A stretch of DNA of 64,000 bases from a virus (lineage: Duplodnaviria; Caudoviricetes), in the IMG/VR virus record IMGVR_UViG_3300011008_000016, positions 128,001-192,000 of that record, one strand, 5' to 3'. A model generated the notes under the pieces. It worked only from the letters and a program-made list of their open reading frames with translations, ran no database searches and was not told where the DNA came from. The translations under genes and the position numbers were made by a program. This document shows positions 58,513-64,000 of this stretch, in pieces (the stretch's first letter is position 1; each line of letters opens with the position of its first letter).

Positions 58513-60216
58513 TTAAAGAGTCACTTTGGTGCCATACTCCATTTCGACACCATTGACCTTTATTGTTTCCATTTCAGACTCTTTCTCTGATTCCTTCTCA
58601 GAAGTTTCAGAATATACCACAGCCTCACTTTCAGAATCTGGTTCTGATTCTACATCTGGTTCAGGTGTAGATTCTTCAACTGGTTCACCAGTTTCTTCTG
58701 ACTCTACCGATTCATCATTCGGAGCTGTAGCCTGAAAACATTTATCAGACAATGATTCCTGTAATTCCTCCGGGGTCGATTCTTTCTCCTCAGATTCCTC
58801 TTCCGGAGTATCAACCTGCGTAGCTACACTATAATCACTTGGAGCTTCCATAACAGGCTCTTCTTCAACCGGTTCGGGTTCAGACTCTGATTCAAGCGTA
58901 GATTGAGTCTGAACTGGGTTTGCAGAATTATCATCATCCTGAACAGTCACCGTGATCGGAACTCCTGCCGCTGCTTCCTGACGTTTCTTGAGATCTGCAA
59001 GATATTCATCTTCCTGACGTTTCCGAACATCTTCAATATCACGTTCCTTCTGATTCCGCTCATTTACCATCTTTGCGATGATATTATTGAGGCTTACCGA
59101 CGGATCGAAATCGTCTTCTTCCTCTTCATTATAATTATTGACCATCTGGGGACCATAATCACACCCGTTCGTTTCATCGAATGTCCTCATATCACCAACA
59201 GGACCGCCGAACATGTAACGAGACTGATAGTTCTCAGTATAAATCGGCTCTGGCTCTTCCTCAGACAGATTCTGATACAAAAGCTGTTTTGCTTCTTCAT
59301 CCTGAGGATTACGAAGCATCCTAATCATCAGATCAAGCTTATTGGTTTCCATAGTTTCTTCTCCTTCCTCAATATTCAGAGTCATCAGTTTTCCCTCCTC
59401 TTTCATCTTAATATAGCGATAATAATCGCCTGGATTATCAATGATAACTGCATTGTCACCAATCATTCTATCTTCGATAACCGCTATATCTTTCGAAATA
59501 ACTCCTTTTGGTAAACGAATTGATTCTCCTTTCCTCTCTTTTATCATGTCGATATCGACTTGCTTTCCTTGAATCCGCTTTCTATCATTATAGGTATATA
59601 CGGCTCTACAACCAGACCTATCTGTACACATCAACTTATCATAAGTCGAATCATACGTAAGTGGGCTACCGCACCGACTACACGTAAACAAATTCTCTGT
59701 AAAACGATGGCAATAAGCGTAATCCAAGATTACTGGTTTATTCTCTCGAATACCCCAGTTTGTCATGTTCTTCTTGATATAGCCAACATCACCAAGAAGA
59801 TAATCATTGCAAAGTCTATCGAGTACTTTCCGAATTTCTGTACGATAAAGTTCCCACTTATCATTCGTCATCAACTCAACACACTCTGCAATTAAAATAT
59901 ATCCGTTCGTTTCATAACTCTTGGTAACATACGGTTGCAATTCGGGACTTAGAGAATATTCAATCAAATTATCAAGATATCCTTGTTCATCCATTGCAAA
60001 TTTTACCGCATATCCATCGATTTGTAATGCTAACCGATTCGTTGCGCCACCAAGAAATTGAAACGGAACTTCATAAGTGTAAAGAAGATTACTAAGCGTA
60101 ACCATTTTCTCCGCATTGGATTCTATACGCTTAGTATCACAAATCGCCCCAATATACCGAAGGAGCTTTTCATCTTTTCCGAAGATCGTTTTGATCTTGC
60201 TTTTAACTGTAACCAT
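58513..60216 (-). CDS. protein kinase-like protein with Zn ribbon and long acidic tail
   Basis: LGGATNR, AVKFA, N..EY, GDV....NWG....VILDY; CSRC...C....C; E/S/P-rich C-terminal half. Confidence 0.7.
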   Translation of the reverse strand: MVTVKSKIKTIFGKDEKLLRYIGAICDTKRIESNAEKMVTLSNLLYTYEVPFQFLGGATNRLALQIDGYAVKFAMDEQGYLDNLIEYSLSPELQPYVTKSYETNGYILIAECVELMTNDKWELYRTEIRKVLDRLCNDYLLGDVGYIKKNMTNWGIRENKPVILDYAYCHRFTENLFTCSRCGSPLTYDSTYDKLMCTDRSGCRAVYTYNDRKRIQGKQVDIDMIKERKGESIRLPKGVISKDIAVIEDRMIGDNAVIIDNPGDYYRYIKMKEEGKLMTLNIEEGEETMETNKLDLMIRMLRNPQDEEAKQLLYQNLSEEEPEPIYTENYQSRYMFGGPVGDMRTFDETNGCDYGPQMVNNYNEEEEDDFDPSVSLNNIIAKMVNERNQKERDIEDVRKRQEDEYLADLKKRQEAAAGVPITVTVQDDDNSANPVQTQSTLESESEPEPVEEEPVMEAPSDYSVATQVDTPEEESEEKESTPEELQESLSDKCFQATAPNDESVESEETGEPVEESTPEPDVESEPDSESEAVVYSETSEKESEKESEMETIKVNGVEMEYGTKVTL

Positions 60217-60217
60217 G

Positions 60218-61459
60218 TCAATCCCTCCTCATTAAGTTAAAGATAGAATTGACTAAATCGTCACTCTCAGAATACATCGGATCTACACCACCAGTTGTTT
60301 CATCCATCATATAACTGGTATCAACTACGGGATAACTATTTCCACCTCCACGACGAATTCTTCTCGCTTTCCGTTTCCTCTGAGCTTTCTCTAATGATGA
60401 TCCAACATTCGCATAGTTAAGCAACCTGCTTTCGGACCATCCATTCTCTGCCAAGAACCGAATAAGCAACCGCTGCTCGTGTTCTTTTCGTGTCATAGGA
60501 CGACCTGTTTTCTCATCTTTTACCATCTCATTCATATTGATAGGTTTCTCTGGAATCTCTTCATGATTCACCATCTTTGTGAGAAGACCAGGTTCTGAAT
60601 AAGGTCGTTCTTCCTCAAACCTTTTCCTTATGTTCTCGGGAGAATTTTTAAATATTTCGTGAGATTGATCCATTTCTCCACCGGGCTTATACCAACTATG
60701 GAATACTTTATTAAGTTCATCAAGGCTTCCGATTGATGAATGAAATGACCCACCACTGTACTCTTCGTCCAATTTCTCCTTTACTTGCTTTGCAGTTCCA
60801 ATAGAGTCTTCTACTGTATACGATTTTTCAATTTCCACATCAGCCATCTCTTCCTTCATAATACGCAGCCATTCCTCTGCTGCTCCATCTGGCTGAACTT
60901 CTGTCTTCGTAGGAATTGTTCCCGATAAATACATATCATAATCTTCTGCTGCTCTGGATAATACAGGGACTGGTGGAATCCATTCCTTAATCATGCCCAT
61001 CTGGATTCGTTCTATAAATCTCTCTTCTCCATATTTCTCAACAAGATAATCGAAATACCGATTTCTTCTATGGATTGCTTCCAAATATTCTTCATAGTTA
61101 CGATAAGACCGCTTAATAGTTCGTGCTTCACGTAGTTCTTGAGAAATCTCTCCATTGTTATTGTAATAAACATCATAAAACTCAAGAGATGACTGCATAA
61201 AGACTTCATCATAGTCATGAGCACATCTGGTCCGTCGTAAAATTGTCATTTCATCTTCGTTAATCTTCCTAAGATTATCTAACGACAATTTAAACTTGGG
61301 ACCAGCATGTACTTCTTCCTGTTCCTTTTCCTCCGGTAACTCTTTCTCATCTTTGTCTTCAATGTGATGTTTCTTCTTGAAGTCTTCATAAGATGATTTG
61401 GTTCCAAAGAAAAGGTCGAGGTCGTTTATGTCGGTGACAAATGATTTTTCTTCATCCAT
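60218..61459 (-). CDS. hypothetical protein (start corrected from 61492)
   Basis: AGGAGGGAG RBS before ATG 61459; TATATTA at 61495-61501. Confidence 0.75.
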   Translation of the reverse strand: MDEEKSFVTDINDLDLFFGTKSSYEDFKKKHHIEDKDEKELPEEKEQEEVHAGPKFKLSLDNLRKINEDEMTILRRTRCAHDYDEVFMQSSLEFYDVYYNNNGEISQELREARTIKRSYRNYEEYLEAIHRRNRYFDYLVEKYGEERFIERIQMGMIKEWIPPVPVLSRAAEDYDMYLSGTIPTKTEVQPDGAAEEWLRIMKEEMADVEIEKSYTVEDSIGTAKQVKEKLDEEYSGGSFHSSIGSLDELNKVFHSWYKPGGEMDQSHEIFKNSPENIRKRFEEERPYSEPGLLTKMVNHEEIPEKPINMNEMVKDEKTGRPMTRKEHEQRLLIRFLAENGWSESRLLNYANVGSSLEKAQRKRKARRIRRGGGNSYPVVDTSYMMDETTGGVDPMYSESDDLVNSIFNLMRRD

Positions 61460-61493
61460 AAACGACTCCCTCCTTTCTATATTTGATATCACT

Positions 61494-62303
61494 TTAATAT
61501 ATATCTAATTTACCAAATATATCCTCAGTACGGAAAATGTTTGTGAGTATATCAATACCACTATCAGATACCCGGATGTCATCTTTATAAGTAGAATTGA
61601 ATAATCCTCTCCTATCCGCCGTATAATGGTAATTAATGGAATGATCTCCACGAGAATACCAAATATAATACCCGTCATTATGGTTGACAAGACGCGGAAT
61701 ATTTTCTACTGGTTCCGATACCTCTAATAGAAGATAAATCTTCATACTCTCTAATGGAATATATTCTCTACCTCTATTTGGAGACAACCAATACTGATAA
61801 TAGAATAAATGTTCTTTTGATGGATTATTGAACCGAAAACGATTCTGTCCTATAACATATCCTAATAAATCTTTCAACTCAGATAGACTTGGGTTACGAA
61901 TAAATGTAAGAAGTGGGTCAACCGCAGCAGTATCCCTGAACAATGGATGTATCTCAGTCATTACCCTTACAAGAGCCGAGTAGATAACATAATAGGGATT
62001 TTTGTTGACGTGTTCCCAATCTTCTTCCTGAATATATCCACCCGGAAACATAATTCTGTCATTATCGTTATCCATAAATAACCAAATTCCATCATGAGCC
62101 GGGTTGGTTAGCAATAAATTACACTCAAAGCTAACCATCCCGGGTACATCTTTTTGGAAATTGGTCGGATAACTATGACGTTTGACTTTATCGTTGATAA
62201 ATGCTTCAGGGTGATTCAACTCTACCAGACGACCATCTTTTGGTCTCTTTGGATGGAATTTAAGTTCAAATTCATCCCTGTCAAGATAAATATCTCTTAT
62301 CAT
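61494..62303 (-). CDS. hypothetical protein, possible degenerate Nudix fold
   Basis: IMFPGGYIQ resembles the start of a Nudix box; AAGGAGG RBS. Confidence 0.6.
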   Translation of the reverse strand: MIRDIYLDRDEFELKFHPKRPKDGRLVELNHPEAFINDKVKRHSYPTNFQKDVPGMVSFECNLLLTNPAHDGIWLFMDNDNDRIMFPGGYIQEEDWEHVNKNPYYVIYSALVRVMTEIHPLFRDTAAVDPLLTFIRNPSLSELKDLLGYVIGQNRFRFNNPSKEHLFYYQYWLSPNRGREYIPLESMKIYLLLEVSEPVENIPRLVNHNDGYYIWYSRGDHSINYHYTADRRGLFNSTYKDDIRVSDSGIDILTNIFRTEDIFGKLDIY

Positions 62304-62316
62304 AATATCCTCCTTA

Positions 62317-62865
62317 TTAGAATGATACTCTATCTGTCAGTGTATCATCATCCTTTACCCATTCAAGAACAGTATGTCTCTCATAATTATCCCTATCTAT
62401 ACGGATATAGACATCTCGTATTCCCGAATTGATGATTATCATTTTGCAGTTAGAGCAACATTCCGGTTTTTCTATATAATCTTTGCTGGTCATATCCAGA
62501 CCAACCAGATACATTGAGGCACCTTTCATCATTCGGCGACTGGCTGAGATTATTGCATTTACTTCAGCGTGTACACTCCGACACATTCCCTGTACGCAGT
62601 CACCGATCAGGTTTCCTCTATCTTTAAAACAACATCCAACATCTGTACAGTTTTGTCTCCCTCTTGGAGCACCCATATAACCCGTTGCGATGACTTCGTC
62701 ATCACTAACAATTACGGCACCCCAATGAAAACGGAGACAAGTACTATTCTGGGATATTGTTTCTGCAACGTCCAAATAATAGTTGACTTTGTCTCTACGG
62801 AGATCCATACCAATAGCTAATCCACCGGTAATGATTCCGTGTTCACTTGGTATCATAGTAGACAT
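62317..62865 (-). CDS. dCMP deaminase
   Basis: STC.R...GAVIV, TGY.G.P.G, VHAE.NAI, CCSNC. Confidence 0.92.
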   Translation of the reverse strand: MSTMIPSEHGIITGGLAIGMDLRRDKVNYYLDVAETISQNSTCLRFHWGAVIVSDDEVIATGYMGAPRGRQNCTDVGCCFKDRGNLIGDCVQGMCRSVHAEVNAIISASRRMMKGASMYLVGLDMTSKDYIEKPECCSNCKMIIINSGIRDVYIRIDRDNYERHTVLEWVKDDDTLTDRVSF

Positions 62866-62953
62866 AGATTATTTACCTCCTTCTTTATTTTAAAATATTG
62901 TAACTGTAAAAGTGAATTGGTATAGCTAATATCAATGCTATACCAATTCAATA

Positions 62954-63664
62954 TTATGCGTATGCTTTTAACATAGAGGGGTCAATCCCATCTTCCATAG
63001 GGGTTTCACCATCAACGTCTAAATACACGAATTGTACATAGAGAGCTTTGTTTGCTTCACGTAATGCTTCTGGATCAGCCTTAAACTTCCTTGAAAGTTG
63101 CACTTGCTCATTTAAAGTCATCAATGTCTGGTCCGGTATCCAATCATAGTATTTCTTGGTAAACTCTACAAATCTACCATAAACACACCAAAGAGGAACT
63201 GTAAGTTGATCGTCGTGAACTAATTGATGAGCAGTAACGGATAATGGAATAAGCCCTATTAACCCAGAATAATGTAATCGCATAACTTCTTCTACAACCT
63301 TGAATTCATCGATAAGACCAAGTATTTCTTCTTGCTTTCTCATGACAATATCAGTTATAGAAAAAAGAGTGAATGGGGAATGATGAATCTCAATCATCCC
63401 TTTCTTCTTATCTGCCTTGAATGAATTCAAAAACGTACATTCGTTCATATCAACATGTTTCCGAAGATATGCGATAAGGTCAGTATACTCCAAAGTCGCT
63501 CTACAATAACCCTCTATTTCTTTTGTAAGTTTTACTCTCTGTTTATCGTTAGTAATAACAGGGAGTCTCGGAATGATAATCGGCTTTTCAATATGGACGT
63601 GCTTGATTTTGCTCGATGATATTCCGGAAGTCTTTTGTGGAATTCTCATATACATCACCTCCAT
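62954..63664 (-). CDS. HNH-like His-rich protein, paralog of 54662-55351 (likely start 63649)
   Basis: IEIHHSPFTLF...H...IGLIPLS.TAHQLVH; late-type promoter 63677-63688. Confidence 0.65.
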   Translation of the reverse strand: MEVMYMRIPQKTSGISSSKIKHVHIEKPIIIPRLPVITNDKQRVKLTKEIEGYCRATLEYTDLIAYLRKHVDMNECTFLNSFKADKKKGMIEIHHSPFTLFSITDIVMRKQEEILGLIDEFKVVEEVMRLHYSGLIGLIPLSVTAHQLVHDDQLTVPLWCVYGRFVEFTKKYYDWIPDQTLMTLNEQVQLSRKFKADPEALREANKALYVQFVYLDVDGETPMEDGIDPSMLKAYA

Positions 63665-63707
63665 AATGTTACTTATTATGGAGGTGTGTATTTACGAGTG
63701 TTCTGAG

Positions 63708-64000
63708 TTATCCCATTTTACAGCTTTCAAGGAACTTATCATATTCATCATACTCATTACGGAGAGCATTGATAATCTCCATAAAACGATCATGATAATA
63801 CTCTGAAAGTGTATCTATATGCTGTTCCTCGAATCGATCAATAGGGGTTAAAGTCCGATAAGTTGTCCTCGGCTTTCCATTCGGATTATTTGTCTTCGGA
63901 ACCCGGCTTTCCTTAATCGGATTCTTTTCCTTGGTCTGTCCATCGGATTCATACATCAGGAAATCAGATACGAATTCCCTGAAAACATCCGCATCTTCCT
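63708..64000 (-). CDS. hypothetical protein, partial (frame open to window end)
   Basis: Frame of the 63708..63956 ORF has no stop up to base 64000. Confidence 0.65.
   Translation of the reverse strand, partial: EDADVFREFVSDFLMYESDGQTKEKNPIKESRVPKTNNPNGKPRTTYRTLTPIDRFEEQHIDTLSEYYHDRFMEIINALRNEYDEYDKFLESCKMG

Noticed and set aside
1-64000. Stop-codon reassignment
   Set aside because: Conserved genes are full length under code 11 and end on TAA, TAG and TGA
1-64000. CRISPR array, tRNA or rRNA genes, self-splicing introns
   Set aside because: No tandem repeat-spacer array or cloverleaf seen by eye; RNAP, topoisomerase and helicase genes are uninterrupted

Overview
64-kb segment of an AT-rich phiKZ/AR9(PBS1)-related jumbo phage genome. 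The host is probably a Bacillota member (inferred from strong AAGGAGG RBSs, an SPP1-type holin, DUF1653 and DUF6275). The segment encodes four split multisubunit RNA-polymerase pieces (two beta C-terminal pieces, beta' N with NADFDGD, and beta' middle), consistent with both virion and non-virion RNAPs. It also carries a tubulin/FtsZ-family GTPase, UvsX/RecA, GyrB/GyrA-like topoisomerase II, DnaB- and Dda-like helicases, SbcD and PD-(D/E)xK nucleases, a small PolB-palm-like protein, a kinase-like protein, nucleotide enzymes and large virion proteins. Two promoter classes can be read from the DNA: TATATTA (five copies with an upstream AAAATCC box at fixed spacing) and (A/C)ACA-N6-TA (17 copies). 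Two things are not explained by the gene list. First, a dispersed three-copy early cassette (promoter, fixed 10-21-10 hairpin encoding a conserved small peptide, covarying terminator). Second, five ORF-free structured RNA candidates of 150-400 nt, each bracketed by a late-type promoter and a terminator; the largest lies directly downstream of the PolB-palm-like gene. No tRNA, rRNA or CRISPR array was recognised. All functional calls are by eye from motifs; no searches were run.
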